DNA of 64,000 nucleotides from Escherichia coli (GTDB lineage Bacteria; Pseudomonadota; Gammaproteobacteria; Enterobacterales; Enterobacteriaceae): NCBI RefSeq assembly GCF_044647545.1, contig NZ_CP172818.1; one strand, 5' to 3'. Shown piece by piece: positions 1 to 13,229 of this stretch (position 1 is its first letter; each line of letters starts with the position of its first letter). The notes under the pieces were generated by a model. It saw only the letters and a program-made list of their open reading frames with translations, ran no database searches and was not told where the DNA came from. The position numbers and the translations under genes were made by a program.

Positions 1-1
1 C

Positions 2-439
2 CAGATGCTGAAAAAAGTCGGCCTGGAAGGGGCGGAAAAACGCTATATCTGGCAGCTTTCCGGCGGTCAACGTCAGCGGGTAGGGATTGCCCGCGCGCTG
101 GCGGCGAATCCCCAGCTGTTATTACTCGACGAACCGTTTGGCGCGCTGGACGCCTTCACCCGCGATCAGATGCAAACCCTGCTGCTGAAACTCTGGCAGG
201 AGACGGGCAAGCAGGTGCTGTTGATTACCCACGATATAGAAGAAGCGGTGTTTATGGCGACTGAACTGGTTCTGCTTTCATCCGGCCCTGGCCGCGTGCT
301 GGAGCGGCTGCCGCTCAACTTTGCTCGCCGCTTTGTTGCCGGGGAACCGAGCCGCAGCATCAAGTCCGATCCACAATTCATCGCCATGCGCGAATATGTT
401 TTAAGCCGCGTATTTGAGCAACGGGAGGCATTCTCATGA
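2..439 (+). CDS. tauB: taurine ABC transporter ATP-binding subunit, C-terminal part (5' end lies upstream of window)
   Basis: ORF 5..439 contains ABC signature LSGGQRQRV and Walker B LLLLDEP; reading frame is open back to the window edge; 4-bp overlap with tauC. Confidence 0.9.
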   Translation, partial: QMLKKVGLEGAEKRYIWQLSGGQRQRVGIARALAANPQLLLLDEPFGALDAFTRDQMQTLLLKLWQETGKQVLLITHDIEEAVFMATELVLLSSGPGRVLERLPLNFARRFVAGEPSRSIKSDPQFIAMREYVLSRVFEQREAFS

Positions 440-1263
440 GTGTGCTCATTAATGAAAAACTGCATTCGCATCGGCTGAAATGGCGCTGGCCGCTCTCGCG
501 TCAGGTGACCTTAAGCATTGGCACGTTAGCGGTTTTACTCACTGTATGGTGGGCGGTGGCGGCGCTGCAACTGATTAGCCCGCTGTTTTTGCCGCCACCG
601 CAACAGGTCCTGGCAAAACTGCTCACCATTGCCGGACCGCAGGGATTTATGGACGCCACGCTGTGGCAGCATCTGGCAGCCAGCCTGACGCGCATTTTGC
701 TGGCGCTACTCGCGGCGGTGTTGATCGGTATTCCGGTCGGGATCGCCATGGGGCTAAGCCCGACGGTGCGCGGCATTCTGGATCCGATAATCGAGCTTTA
801 TCGTCCGGTGCCGCCGCTGGCTTATTTGCCGCTGATGGTGATCTGGTTTGGTATTGGCGAAACCTCGAAGATCTTACTGATCTATTTAGCGATTTTTGCA
901 CCGGTGGCGATGTCGGCGCTGGCGGGGGTGAAAAGCGCGCAGCAGGTTCGCATTCGTGCCGCCCAGTCGCTGGGTGCCAGTCGTGCGCAGGTGCTGTGGT
1001 TTGTCATTTTGCCCGGCGCGCTGCCGGAAATCCTCACCGGATTACGCATTGGTCTGGGTGTGGGCTGGTCTACGCTGGTAGCGGCGGAGCTGATTGCCGC
1101 GACGCGCGGTTTAGGATTTATGGTTCAGTCAGCGGGTGAATTTCTCGCGACTGACGTGGTGCTGGCGGGGATCGCGGTGATTGCGATTATCGCTTTTCTT
1201 TTAGAACTGGGTTTGCGCGCGTTACAGCGCCGCCTGACGCCCTGGCATGGAGAAGTACAATGA
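436..1263 (+). CDS. tauC: taurine ABC transporter permease
   Basis: 275 aa polytopic membrane ORF with ABC permease (EAA-like) region; ATGA overlap with tauB and tauD. Confidence 0.9.
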   Translation: MSVLINEKLHSHRLKWRWPLSRQVTLSIGTLAVLLTVWWAVAALQLISPLFLPPPQQVLAKLLTIAGPQGFMDATLWQHLAASLTRILLALLAAVLIGIPVGIAMGLSPTVRGILDPIIELYRPVPPLAYLPLMVIWFGIGETSKILLIYLAIFAPVAMSALAGVKSAQQVRIRAAQSLGASRAQVLWFVILPGALPEILTGLRIGLGVGWSTLVAAELIAATRGLGFMVQSAGEFLATDVVLAGIAVIAIIAFLLELGLRALQRRLTPWHGEVQ

Positions 1264-2111
1264 GTGAACGTCTGAGCATTACCCCGCTGGGGCCGTATAT
1301 TGGCGCACAAATTTCGGGTGCCGACCTGACGCGCCCGTTAAGCGATAATCAGTTTGAACAGCTTTACCATGCGGTGCTGCGCCATCAGGTGGTGTTTCTG
1401 CGCGATCAAGCTATTACGCCGCAGCAGCAACGCGCGCTGGCCCAACGTTTTGGCGAACTGCATATTCATCCTGTTTACCCTCATGCCGAAGGGGTTGACG
1501 AGATCATCGTCCTGGATACTCATAACGATAATCCGCCGGATAACGACAACTGGCATACCGATGTGACATTTATTGAAACGCCACCCGCAGGGGCGATTCT
1601 GGCGGCAAAAGAGTTACCCTCGACCGGCGGCGATACGCTCTGGACCAGCGGTATTGCGGCCTATGAGGCGCTCTCTGTTCCCTTCCGCCAGCTGCTGAGC
1701 GGGTTGCGTGCGGAGCATGATTTCCGTAAATCGTTCCCGGAATACAAATACCGCAAAACCGAGGAGGAGCATCAACGCTGGCGCGAGGCGGTCGCGAAAA
1801 ATCCGCCGTTGCTACATCCGGTGGTGCGAACGCATCCGGTGAGCGGTAAACAGGCGCTGTTTGTGAATGAAGGCTTTACCACGCGAATTGTTGATGTCAG
1901 CGAGAAAGAGAGCGAAGCCTTGTTAGGTTTTTTGTTTGCCCATATCACCAAACCGGAGTTTCAGGTGCGCTGGAGCTGGCAACCGAATGATATTGCGATT
2001 TGGGATAACCGTGTGACTCAGCACTATGCCAATGCGGATTACCTGCCACAGCGGCGGATTATGCATCGGGCGACGATTCTTGGGGATATTCCGTTTTATC
2101 GGGCGGGGTAA
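1260..2111 (+). CDS. tauD: taurine dioxygenase (alpha-ketoglutarate dependent)
   Basis: 283 aa ORF, matches TauD length and sequence as recalled; operon context tauBCD. Confidence 0.9.
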   Translation: MSERLSITPLGPYIGAQISGADLTRPLSDNQFEQLYHAVLRHQVVFLRDQAITPQQQRALAQRFGELHIHPVYPHAEGVDEIIVLDTHNDNPPDNDNWHTDVTFIETPPAGAILAAKELPSTGGDTLWTSGIAAYEALSVPFRQLLSGLRAEHDFRKSFPEYKYRKTEEEHQRWREAVAKNPPLLHPVVRTHPVSGKQALFVNEGFTTRIVDVSEKESEALLGFLFAHITKPEFQVRWSWQPNDIAIWDNRVTQHYANADYLPQRRIMHRATILGDIPFYRAG

Positions 2112-2135
2112 ACGGATAACCCGGCATAATGATCA

Positions 2136-3110
2136 TTAACGCAGAATCTTCTTCTCAGCCAAATCCAGCGCAAAGTAGCTGAAAATCAGATCCGCACCCG
2201 CACGCTTAATTGAACCTAAGCTTTCGAGCACGACTTTCTCTTCATCTATAGCACCCGCCAGCGCGGCGAACTTAATCATCGCGTACTCACCGCTCACCTG
2301 ATACGCGCCAATCGACAATTCAGTACGTTCACGCAGCTCACGCACGATGTCGAGGTACGCTCCAGCAGGTTTAACCATCAGGCAGTCTGCGCCCTGGGCT
2401 TCATCCAGCAGTGACTCACGAATCGCCTCACGACGGTTCATTGGGTTCATCTGATAGCTTTTGCGGTCGCCTTTTAATGCGCTTCCGGCAGCTTCACGGA
2501 ACGGGCCATAAAAGGAGGAGGCGAACTTGGTCGAATACGACATAATCGCCGTATCTTTAAAGCCCGCAGCGTCCAGCGCCTGGCGAATCGCTTGTACCTG
2601 GCCATCCATTGCGGCGGAAGGGGCGATGAAGTCTGCACCTGCAGCAGCTGCAACCACGGCCTGCTTGCCTAAATTTTCCAGGGTCGCGTCGTTGTCGACG
2701 CCATGCTCGCACAGCACACCGCAGTGACCGTGAGAAGTGTATTCACAGAAACAGGTGTCTGACATGACGATCATTTCTGGCACGGTCTGCTTGCAGATGC
2801 GCGACATACGCGCCACCAGACCATCTTCCCGCCAGGCATCGCTGCCGGTTTCATCGGTATGGTGAGAGATGCCGAAAGTCATCACGGAACGAATACCGGC
2901 GTTGGCGATGCGTTCAATTTCGCGTGCCAGATGTTTCTCTGGAATGCGCATCACGCCTGGCATGGCTTCAACGGCTTTGTAGTCGTCAATTTCTTCTTCA
3001 ACAAAGATCGGCAACACCAGGTCGTTAAGGCTAAGTGTTGTCTCTTCAAACATAGCGCGCAGCGCAGGAGATTTGCGCAGGCGACGAGGGCGTTGGATTA
3101 AGTCTGTCAT
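2136..3110 (-). CDS. hemB: porphobilinogen synthase (delta-aminolevulinate dehydratase)
   Basis: ORF 2136..3143; start placed at internal Met ([12 protein letters not shown]) to give the 324 aa HemB length I recall. Confidence 0.9.
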   Translation of the reverse strand: MTDLIQRPRRLRKSPALRAMFEETTLSLNDLVLPIFVEEEIDDYKAVEAMPGVMRIPEKHLAREIERIANAGIRSVMTFGISHHTDETGSDAWREDGLVARMSRICKQTVPEMIVMSDTCFCEYTSHGHCGVLCEHGVDNDATLENLGKQAVVAAAAGADFIAPSAAMDGQVQAIRQALDAAGFKDTAIMSYSTKFASSFYGPFREAAGSALKGDRKSYQMNPMNRREAIRESLLDEAQGADCLMVKPAGAYLDIVRELRERTELSIGAYQVSGEYAMIKFAALAGAIDEEKVVLESLGSIKRAGADLIFSYFALDLAEKKILR

Positions 3111-5124
3111 GGTCTGCCTGATGTTTGTGGAATCGAGGGGCATAGTATACCTGAAGCAGGGTGGGGATGTTTTACGAAAGTTGTCGCGATGTTGACAAGA
3201 AGAGAATGAATGAGAGGCCAGGACATCTTTGTAATAGAAATAGCAATAATTTCATATTCACTGAAAATATTTTTAATTTTTATTTATAGTCATGGATTAT
3301 TGTTTTTGGGGATTTGGTTGCGTTATCAAAAACGGAATGATTTAAAGTTCATTGGTTATTGATAGATTATTTGTCTGGTTTGTGTGTTTGATATTTTAAA
3401 TGCATATGCTTTAAAAATGGAAATCCTGTTAACTTGTTGAAACATTAAGCCTTTATCAATTTTTTCTTTGTGTGTTCCTCCGTGCTTTATATATGTCCGT
3501 AACCGGACTTCGGGGAAAGAATAATTGAACCATTCCTCAATAACGCCGCATAATCGTTAGCGCGAAACATAATATGTTTTCTATGCATTGATAATTGATG
3601 GATCAACTTATTACGTCCCTGAGGAGGGATGACAAATGCACTCCTGGAAAAAGAAACTTGTAGTATCACAATTAGCATTGGCTTGCACTCTGGCTATCAC
3701 CTCTCAGGCTAATGCAGCGACCTACTGATACCTGGACTTATATCGATAATCCCGTTACAGCACTTGATTGGGATCATATGGATAAGGCAGGCACTGTAGA
3801 TGGCAACTATGTAAACTATAGTGGTTTTGTCTATTACAACAACACCAATGGTGATTTCGATCAGTCCTTTAACGGCGATACCGTTAACGGCACGATCTCA
3901 ACCTATTATTTGAACCATGATTATGCAGACAGTACTGCTAATCAGCTTGATATCAGTAATTCAGTGATTCACGGTTCGATTACTTCTATGCTGCCTGGCG
4001 GTTATTATGATCGTTTTGATGCAGATGGTAATAATCTGGGTGGATATGATTTTTACACTGATGCGGTTGTTGATACACACTGGCGTGATGGTGATGTTTT
4101 CACTTTGAACATTGCTAACACTACTATTGATGATGATTATGAAGCTCTTTACTTCACTGATTCTTATAAAGATGGTGATGTAACCAAGCACACAAATGAG
4201 ACATTTGATACAAGTGAAGGCGTTGCTGTTAATCTTGATGTAGAAAGTAACATCAATATTTCCAATAACTCCCGCGTTGCAGGTATTGCATTATCTCAAG
4301 GTAATACTTACAACGAAACCTACACTACCGAATCTCATACTTGGGATAACAATATCTCTGTAAAAGATTCCACAGTGACTTCGGGTTCAAATTATATCCT
4401 GGATAGCAATACTTATGGCAAAACTGGTCACTTTGGCAATTCTGATGAACCGAGTGATTATGCTGGCCCGGGTGATGTTGCAATGTCCTTTACTGCTTCA
4501 GGTTCCGACTATGCGATGAAGAACAATGTATTCCTCAGCAATTCAACGCTGATGGGTGATGTTGCCTTTACCAGCACCTGGAATAGTAATTTTGATCCGA
4601 ATGGTCATGATTCCAACGGTGACGGGGTGAAAGATACCAACGGGGGTTGGACTGATGATAGCCTCAACGTTGATGAACTAAATCTCACTCTCGATAACGG
4701 AAGCAAGTGGGTTGGTCAGGCAATTTATAACGTTGCTGAAACGTCAGCAATGTATGATGTTGCTACAAACAGCCTTACTCCTGATGCAACATATGAAAAC
4801 AATGACTGGAAACGTGTTGTTGATGACAAGGTCTTCCAGAGCGGTGTATTTAACGTAGCGTTGAATAACGGTTCTGAATGGGATACTACAGGTCGTTCCA
4901 TCGTTGATACCTTGACAGTTAATAATGGTTCTCAGGTTAATGTTTCGGAATCTAAATTAACTTCAGATACTATCGATTTAACTAACGGTTCTTCGCTGAA
5001 CATTGGTGAAGATGGCTACGTTGATACCGATCATCTGACTATTAACTCCTACAGTACTGTTGCGTTGACCGAATCTACTGGGTGGGGGGCTGATTGATCC
5101 TACCCACGTAATATGGACACAGGC

Positions 5125-5991
5125 CTAAGCGAGGTTCTTGTTTTCAAATTGTTCCGGACTGAGGCCGCCACACCAACTGTGCCGCCGCCACCGATTGTAA
5201 TCACATTCGATATAATTAAACACCGTTGCCCGCATTATTTCCCGGCTGATAAAGTGTTCTCCATGGATACATTCCACTTTCAGCGAATGAAAGAAGCTTT
5301 CCACGCAGGCATTATCGTAGCAGCAACCTTTTGCGCTCATACTTCCACGCAGATTATGCCGCTTCAGTTGCGCCTGATAATCTGCTGAACAGTACTGGCC
5401 TCCACGGTCCGTGTGAACGATAACGTTCCGGGGCCTCTTACGCCGCCACAGCGCCATCTGCAGGGCATCGCAGGCCAGTTGCGCCGTCATGCGTGGCGAC
5501 ATTGACCAGCCAATAACGGCACGTGACCACAGGTCAATGACCACTGCCAGATACAGCCAGCCTTCATCTGTACGTAAGTACGTGATGTCTCCTGCCCACT
5601 TCTGGTTCGGGCCACTGGCGTAAAAATCCTGCTCCAACAGATTTTCTGACACAGGCAGGCCGTGTGCGCGGTAGCTGACCGGGCTGAACTTCCGGGAGGC
5701 CTTTGCCCTCAGTCCCTGACGGCGCAGGCTTGCCGCCACGGTTTTTACGTTAAAGGGGTAACCCTGAGCACGCAGTTCATCCGTCAGGCGTGGGGCACCG
5801 TAACGCTGTTTTGACCGGGTAAAAGCCGCGAGGACAACGCTGTCGCAGTGTTGGCGGAACTGCTGACGCGTGCTTATCCTTGTCCGCCGCTGACACCACG
5901 TATACCAGCCGCTGCGGGCCACCCGGAGCACGCGGCACATTGCTTTGATGCTGAACTCAGCCTGATGTTTTTCAATAAAGACATACTTCAT
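5125..5991 (-). CDS. insF: IS3 transposase OrfB (expressed as OrfAB fusion via -1 frameshift)
   Basis: 288 aa ORF with DDE-type integrase catalytic region; start overlaps orfA stop (ATGA). Confidence 0.9.
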
Positions 5992-6287
5992 TTCAGGCGC
6001 TTCGCGAAGTATGTCGCGGCCTTTTGGAGGATAGCCAGCTCTTCATCCCGTTCTGCCAGCTGGCGTTTGAGACGTGCAATCTCGGTAGACATCTCCAGTT
6101 CACGTTCAGAAGACGTCTGCTGATTTTGCTGTTTACTGCGCCAGTTGTAGAGTTGTGATTCATACAGGCTGAGTTCACGGGCTGCGGCAGTAACACCGAT
6201 GCGTTCAGCAAGCTTCAGGGCTTCACTGCGAAATTCAGGCGAATGCTGTTTACGGGGTTTTTTACTGGTTGATACTGTTTTTGTCAT
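5988..6287 (-). CDS. insE: IS3 transposase OrfA (helix-turn-helix / leucine zipper)
   Basis: ORF 5988..6296; start placed at [10 protein letters not shown] for the 99 aa OrfA I recall; A-AAA-G slippery motif near the 3' end (minus strand, about 6021-6026). Confidence 0.85.
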
Positions 6288-7166
6288 GTGAGTCACCTCT
6301 GACTGAGAGTTTACTCACTTAGCCGCGTGTCCACTATTGCTGGGTAAGATCAGATTACAACCTGTACGCCAATACTATCACCGTAACTAACGGCGGTGTA
6401 TTGGATGTGAACGTTGATCAGTTCGATACTGAAGCTTTCCGTACTGACAAACTGGAACTGACCAGCGGCAACATCGCTGACCATAACGGTAACGTAGTAT
6501 CTGGTGTGTTCAATATCGAAAGCAACCGCTTCGTACTTGATGCCGACCTGACCAACGACCGTACCAACGATACTACCAAGTCAAACTACGGTTATGGTTT
6601 AATCGCAATGAACTCTGATGGTCACCTGACCATTAACGGTAACGGCGATAACGACAACACTGCTTCTATCGAAGCTGGTCAGAACGAAGTTGATAACAAC
6701 GGTGACCATGTTGCAGCTGCAACCGGTAACTACAAAGTTCGTATCGACAACGCTACTGGTGCTGGTTCTATCGCTGACTACAACGGCAACGAGCTGATCT
6801 ACGTTAACGACAAAAACAGCAACGCGACCTTCTCTGCTGCTAACAAAGCTGACCTGGGTGCATACACCTATCAGGCTGAACAGCGCGGTAACACCGTTGT
6901 TCTGCAACAGATGGAGCTGACCGACTACGCTAACATGGCGCTGAGCATCCCGTCTGCGAACACCAATATCTGGAACCTGGAACAAGACACCGTTGGTACT
7001 CGTCTGACCAACTCTCGTCATGGCCTGGCTGATAACGGCGGCGCATGGGTAAGCTACTTCGGTGGTAACTTCAACGGCGACAATGGCACCATCAACTATG
7101 ATCAGGATGTTAACGGCATCATGGTCGGTGTTGATACCAAAATTGACGGTAACAACGCTAAGTGGA

Positions 7167-7290
<124 letters not shown>

Positions 7291-7325
7291 CGGTAGCTTG
7301 AGCTACTCTCACTTCAACAACGACC

Positions 7326-7444
<119 letters not shown>

Positions 7445-7454
7445 TACGGCAGCG

Positions 7455-7498
<44 letters not shown>

Positions 7499-7499
7499 A

Positions 7500-7620
<121 letters not shown>

Positions 7621-7640
7621 TTACGACGACTCTAACAACC

Positions 7641-7834
<194 letters not shown>

Positions 7835-7848
7835 TGAAGAAATAGGTT

Positions 7849-8531
<683 letters not shown>

Positions 8532-9689
8532 TCAGGACGCGGGGATGACCAACGGTTTATTCCCGCTCAGTTCGGTCACCAGGTCATTGATGCCATCGCT
8601 CATATTTTTAAAGCGCGTCAATGGCGAACGAGTGACCACCACAAACGCGCCAATATTCTTCTGCGGGATCATCGCCATATAGGTAATGAAACCGCCACCA
8701 CCGCCTGTCTTCTGAATAATCCCTGGACGACCCTCTTTCGGGGCCATATATACCCAGCCTAAACCAAGCGCATCCGCTTTGCCGGGGACATCCATGCCAA
8801 TCACTTTCGTAAACTGCGCTCGCTGATAAATCAACGTCTGCATGCGATCAGCCTGGTTACTGCGCTGATAAAAATCAGATGACAAATACTGCTGCATCCA
8901 GCGCATCATATCGCCAGGCGTGGAATAGACGCCGCCGCTGCCAATTGCCGCCAGCGTGTTATTGCATGGACTGGCACCGCGCTCTGCCACCATTAAACGG
9001 CGGCACTGGTCCGGCGAGGGGGTGTAGGTGGTGTCTTTCATCCCCAATGGACGGGTAATCTGCTCTTCAAACAACTGGGTATAAGGCTTGCCGGAAGCAT
9101 TCGCCAGTGCATCTGCCAGCAGGTCGAACGCAAGGTTAGAGTATGCCGCCTGACTGCCTGGCGCGGCTTTCAGCTTCGCCGTAGAAAGGTATTTCCAGCG
9201 TTGCTCGCGCGTTGGCCAGACAAACACTGGACGATGTGCCGCACCTCCCGGCTGTTCACGGGGCAGGGCACTGGTATGGGTTGCTAGATTCACCAGGGTA
9301 ATAGGCGTGCCATTGTAAGTCGGCACACGTGCGCCTGGTGGAGCATATTTACTTAGCGGATCGTTTAACTTCACGGTCCCCTGGTCGAGCAATTTCACCA
9401 GCATCTCACTGGTCATTAGCTTGGTGAGGGAAGCAATACGCACTACCGAATCCAGCTGCGGGCGAACGTTATTACCAGGTCGCGTTTCGCCATAACTGCG
9501 AAAGACGCGCTGGTTACCGTCGATAACAACCAGCGCCATCCCCGTGGCACCGCTGCCGTAAAAAATATGATCGGCATAACGATCGACAATATCAGAGGCA
9601 AACTCCGGTTCAGTGATCGGCTGCGCCGCATGGACGGAGGTCAATGACGCCGCACACAGCACGGCAGAAAAAAGCAGACTACGTTTCAA
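8532..9689 (-). CDS. ampH: penicillin-binding protein AmpH (class C beta-lactamase fold, peptidoglycan hydrolase)
   Basis: 385 aa ORF with signal peptide and SxxK (SLTK) active-site motif. Confidence 0.9.
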   Translation of the reverse strand: MKRSLLFSAVLCAASLTSVHAAQPITEPEFASDIVDRYADHIFYGSGATGMALVVIDGNQRVFRSYGETRPGNNVRPQLDSVVRIASLTKLMTSEMLVKLLDQGTVKLNDPLSKYAPPGARVPTYNGTPITLVNLATHTSALPREQPGGAAHRPVFVWPTREQRWKYLSTAKLKAAPGSQAAYSNLAFDLLADALANASGKPYTQLFEEQITRPLGMKDTTYTPSPDQCRRLMVAERGASPCNNTLAAIGSGGVYSTPGDMMRWMQQYLSSDFYQRSNQADRMQTLIYQRAQFTKVIGMDVPGKADALGLGWVYMAPKEGRPGIIQKTGGGGGFITYMAMIPQKNIGAFVVVTRSPLTRFKNMSDGINDLVTELSGNKPLVIPAS

Positions 9690-10040
9690 CGGTGGTGTCC
9701 ATAAATTGAATGAAGGTAACTGAGCGTATTTATACTACTCATTGATGGATTGCAAAGGGCGAATTAGTGCAATAATAGTGTTAAAAACGTAACGGCGCGT
9801 AAACACGATCTTTTTCCTGCTCACCAATGCCTGCATTTGTGATCCTGCGCGTGTTAATCCGCTTATGTAAACAATCTTTGGTTTGTGAAATCCGTCGAAA
9901 CAATTCTTATGGTCAGGCTGGCGAACTAAGCGCCTTGCTATGGGTCACAATGGGCGGTTTCATTTGGCTGACGCTTTGTAGCGGTCATGCGGTTAATACA
10001 CAGCAGTTGTTAAAACGATAAGAAGTTAGCAGGAGTGCAT

Positions 10041-11261
10041 ATGTTTAAGTCTTTTTTCCCAAAGCCGGGAACGTTTTTTCTCTCGGCCTTTGTTTGGGCA
10101 TTGATTGCCGTTATCTTCTGGCAAGCCGGTGGGGGTGACTGGGTGGCGCGTATCACCGGCGCTTCCGGGCAGATCCCGATTAGCGCCGCGCGTTTCTGGT
10201 CGTTGGATTTCCTGATTTTTTACGCTTACTACATTGTTTGCGTAGGACTTTTTGCATTGTTCTGGTTTATCTACAGCCCGCATCGTTGGCAATACTGGTC
10301 AATACTCGGTACTGCACTGATCATCTTCGTCACCTGGTTTTTGGTGGAAGTCGGGGTCGCCGTCAACGCCTGGTATGCGCCGTTCTATGATCTGATTCAA
10401 ACCGCGCTAAGTTCGCCGCATAAAGTCACCATCGAACAATTTTACCGCGAAGTGGGCGTCTTTCTGGGGATTGCGCTGATCGCGGTAGTGATCAGTGTGC
10501 TGAACAACTTCTTTGTCAGTCACTACGTGTTCCGCTGGCGTACAGCGATGAACGAATATTACATGGCGAACTGGCAACAACTGCGTCATATCGAAGGTGC
10601 CGCCCAACGTGTGCAGGAAGACACCATGCGTTTTGCTTCAACGCTGGAGAATATGGGCGTCAGCTTTATCAACGCTATCATGACGTTGATCGCCTTCCTG
10701 CCGGTGCTGGTAACGCTCTCCGCACATGTGCCGGAGCTGCCGATTGTCGGGCACATTCCGTATGGTCTGGTGATTGCCGCTATCGTCTGGTCGCTGATGG
10801 GGACCGGATTACTGGCAGTGGTAGGGATCAAACTGCCGGGGCTGGAGTTTAAAAACCAGCGTGTAGAGGCTGCCTACCGTAAAGAGCTGGTTTATGGTGA
10901 AGACGATGCCACGCGCGCGACGCCGCCTACGGTACGCGAGCTTTTTAGCGCCGTACGGAAAAACTATTTCCGCCTCTATTTTCACTATATGTATTTCAAT
11001 ATCGCCCGCATTCTCTATTTGCAGGTCGATAACGTTTTCGGTTTGTTCTTGCTGTTTCCGTCAATTGTTGCCGGTACGATTACGCTCGGCCTGATGACGC
11101 AGATTACCAACGTTTTTGGTCAGGTTCGCGGAGCTTTCCAGTACCTGATTAACTCATGGACCACACTGGTTGAGTTGATGTCTATCTACAAACGTCTGCG
11201 CAGCTTTGAACATGAGCTGGATGGTGACAAAATTCAGGAAGTAACCCATACCTTGAGCTAA
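10041..11261 (+). CDS. sbmA: peptide antibiotic / microcin importer SbmA
   Basis: ORF 10035..11261; start at [10 protein letters not shown] gives 406 aa; polytopic membrane protein. Confidence 0.9.
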   Translation: MFKSFFPKPGTFFLSAFVWALIAVIFWQAGGGDWVARITGASGQIPISAARFWSLDFLIFYAYYIVCVGLFALFWFIYSPHRWQYWSILGTALIIFVTWFLVEVGVAVNAWYAPFYDLIQTALSSPHKVTIEQFYREVGVFLGIALIAVVISVLNNFFVSHYVFRWRTAMNEYYMANWQQLRHIEGAAQRVQEDTMRFASTLENMGVSFINAIMTLIAFLPVLVTLSAHVPELPIVGHIPYGLVIAAIVWSLMGTGLLAVVGIKLPGLEFKNQRVEAAYRKELVYGEDDATRATPPTVRELFSAVRKNYFRLYFHYMYFNIARILYLQVDNVFGLFLLFPSIVAGTITLGLMTQITNVFGQVRGAFQYLINSWTTLVELMSIYKRLRSFEHELDGDKIQEVTHTLS

Positions 11262-11273
11262 AAAGGAGAAGTA

Positions 11274-12368
11274 ATGTCGCGCGTCAATCATCTATCTTCG
11301 CTGTCATTGTTGGCGGTTCTGGTTTTAGCGGGGTGTAGTAGTCAGGCTCCGCAACCGTTGAAAAAGGGCGAAAAAGCGATAGATGTGGCGAGCGTCGTGC
11401 GGCAGAAGATGCCTGCGAGCGTGAAAGACCGCGATGCCTGGGCGAAAGATCTCGCCACCACGTTTGAAAGTCAGGGGCTGGCACCGACGCTGGAAAACGT
11501 CTGCTCGGTGCTGGCGGTGGCGCAGCAGGAGTCAAATTATCAGGCAGATCCGGCCGTTCCGGGCTTAAGCAAGATCGCCTGGCAAGAGATTGACCGTCGT
11601 GCTGAACGGATGCACATTCCTGCTTTTCTGGTGCATACCGCGCTAAAAATCAAATCGCCAAACGGCAAAAGCTATAGCGAACGGTTAGATTCGGTGCGTA
11701 CTGAAAAGCAATTGAGCGCGATTTTTGACGATCTGATCAGCATGGTGCCAATGGGGCAGACGTTGTTTGGTTCGCTTAATCCGGTGCGCACCGGTGGGCC
11801 GATGCAGGTCAGCATTGCCTTTGCCGAACAGCATACCAAAGGGTATCCGTGGAAAATGGACGGTACAGTCCGTCAGGAAGTCTTCAGTCGTCGCGGCGGG
11901 TTGTGGTTTGGTACTTACCATTTACTGAATTATCCCGCCAGCTATAGCGCGCCGATATACCGTTTTGCTGATTTTAACGCTGGCTGGTACGCCAGCCGTA
12001 ATGCCGCGTTTCAGAACGCGGTCAGTAAGGTCAGCGGCGTGAAGCTGGCACTGGACGGTGATTTAATTCGTTACGACAGTAAAGAGCCCGGGAAAACCGA
12101 ACTGGCAACGCGCAAACTGGCGGGAAAACTGGGGATGAGCGACAGTGAAATTCGCCGCCAGTTAGAGAAAGGGGACAGCTTCTCTTTTGAGGAGACGGCG
12201 CTGTACAAGAAAGTTTATCAACTTGCCGAAGCGAAAACGGGTAAATCACTACCCCGCGAAATGTTGCCTGGCATTCAACTGGAAAGCCCGAAAATCACCC
12301 GCAACCTGACTACGGCCTGGTTTGCGAAGCGCGTAGACGAACGGCGGGCGCGTTGTATGAAACAGTGA
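11274..12368 (+). CDS. yaiW: outer membrane lipoprotein YaiW
   Basis: 364 aa ORF with lipoprotein signal (LAGC lipobox); immediately downstream of sbmA. Confidence 0.85.
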   Translation: MSRVNHLSSLSLLAVLVLAGCSSQAPQPLKKGEKAIDVASVVRQKMPASVKDRDAWAKDLATTFESQGLAPTLENVCSVLAVAQQESNYQADPAVPGLSKIAWQEIDRRAERMHIPAFLVHTALKIKSPNGKSYSERLDSVRTEKQLSAIFDDLISMVPMGQTLFGSLNPVRTGGPMQVSIAFAEQHTKGYPWKMDGTVRQEVFSRRGGLWFGTYHLLNYPASYSAPIYRFADFNAGWYASRNAAFQNAVSKVSGVKLALDGDLIRYDSKEPGKTELATRKLAGKLGMSDSEIRRQLEKGDSFSFEETALYKKVYQLAEAKTGKSLPREMLPGIQLESPKITRNLTTAWFAKRVDERRARCMKQ

Positions 12369-12425
12369 TCAAACAGGAATGTCATGCCAGATAAAGCGTT
12401 TTAGGTCCTATCTGGCAAGTAAATC

Positions 12426-12734
12426 TTACTGGCGGCGATGTCGCCAGTGCAGCCATAGCGCCACTACTGCAAAAATGAGGCAGCCAACTAAAAACGGGAT
12501 CAGCCCGAAAATGGTGCCGACACCTAAACCAATTTCCACCCGTGGGCGACCTGTTTCCTGGACCTGCATTAAGCGCTCATAGACGCCGGGCGCATGCACT
12601 AGCAGGTTCAGCAATTGCGCCCCAGCCCAAAAGCAAAACAGCACAAACAACGCATAGGCAATATTGCCAGGCGTTGAAGAGGCATTGCGATATTTTCCGC
12701 TAAACAGCGATTTTGACAGGGTGAAATCAGCCAT
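12426..12734 (-). CDS. yaiY: inner membrane protein YaiY
   Basis: 102 aa hydrophobic ORF. Confidence 0.8.
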
Positions 12735-12993
12735 AAAAACCTCCGGAAGTCATCTGCTTCTCTTCTGGTGTGATACCAGCGGCTTATGGCAAGTCTGACA
12801 GGTCATTTAGATTGTCAATATCAGAATCATGGTAAATTGATGTTGGGAATATTCCCGAAGCGTGAATCTTCGTTGTGAGTCACAAAATGGCAACCTTAAG
12901 TTAAATTTATTAACAAATGCGAAAGTGTTGTCTACCCCACAGACAGTTGTTACAGAATATGCAAAGATGTTGTTTTTCGTTAACGGAGCTGCC

Positions 12994-13206
12994 ATGAACT
13001 TGCCTGTAAAAATCCGCCGTGACTGGCACTACTATGCGTTCGCCATTGGCCTTATATTCATTCTTAATGGCGTGGTGGGGTTACTGGGATTTGAAGCAAA
13101 AGGTTGGCAGACCTATGCCGTCGGTCTGGTGACGTGGGTGATTAGTTTCTGGCTGGCGGGGTTGATTATTCGTCGTCGCGATGAAGAAACTGAAAACGCC
13201 CAATAA
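12994..13206 (+). CDS. yaiZ: small membrane protein YaiZ
   Basis: ORF 12862..13206; internal ATG at 12994 (MNLPVKIRRDWHYYAF...) gives the 70 aa protein I recall. Confidence 0.75.
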   Translation: MNLPVKIRRDWHYYAFAIGLIFILNGVVGLLGFEAKGWQTYAVGLVTWVISFWLAGLIIRRRDEETENAQ

Positions 13207-13229
13207 GAATATTACTGGGCGTTTGAATA

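Larger units (their letters stand above)
5095..6352 (-). mobile_element. IS3 insertion sequence (1258 bp) with terminal inverted repeats and 3-bp target-site duplication GAT
   Basis: Ends TGATCCTACCCACG... (5095) and ...CTGGGTAAGATCA (6352) are inverted-repeat termini; GAT at 5092-5094 and 6353-6355; carries orfA/orfB transposase ORFs. Confidence 0.9.
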
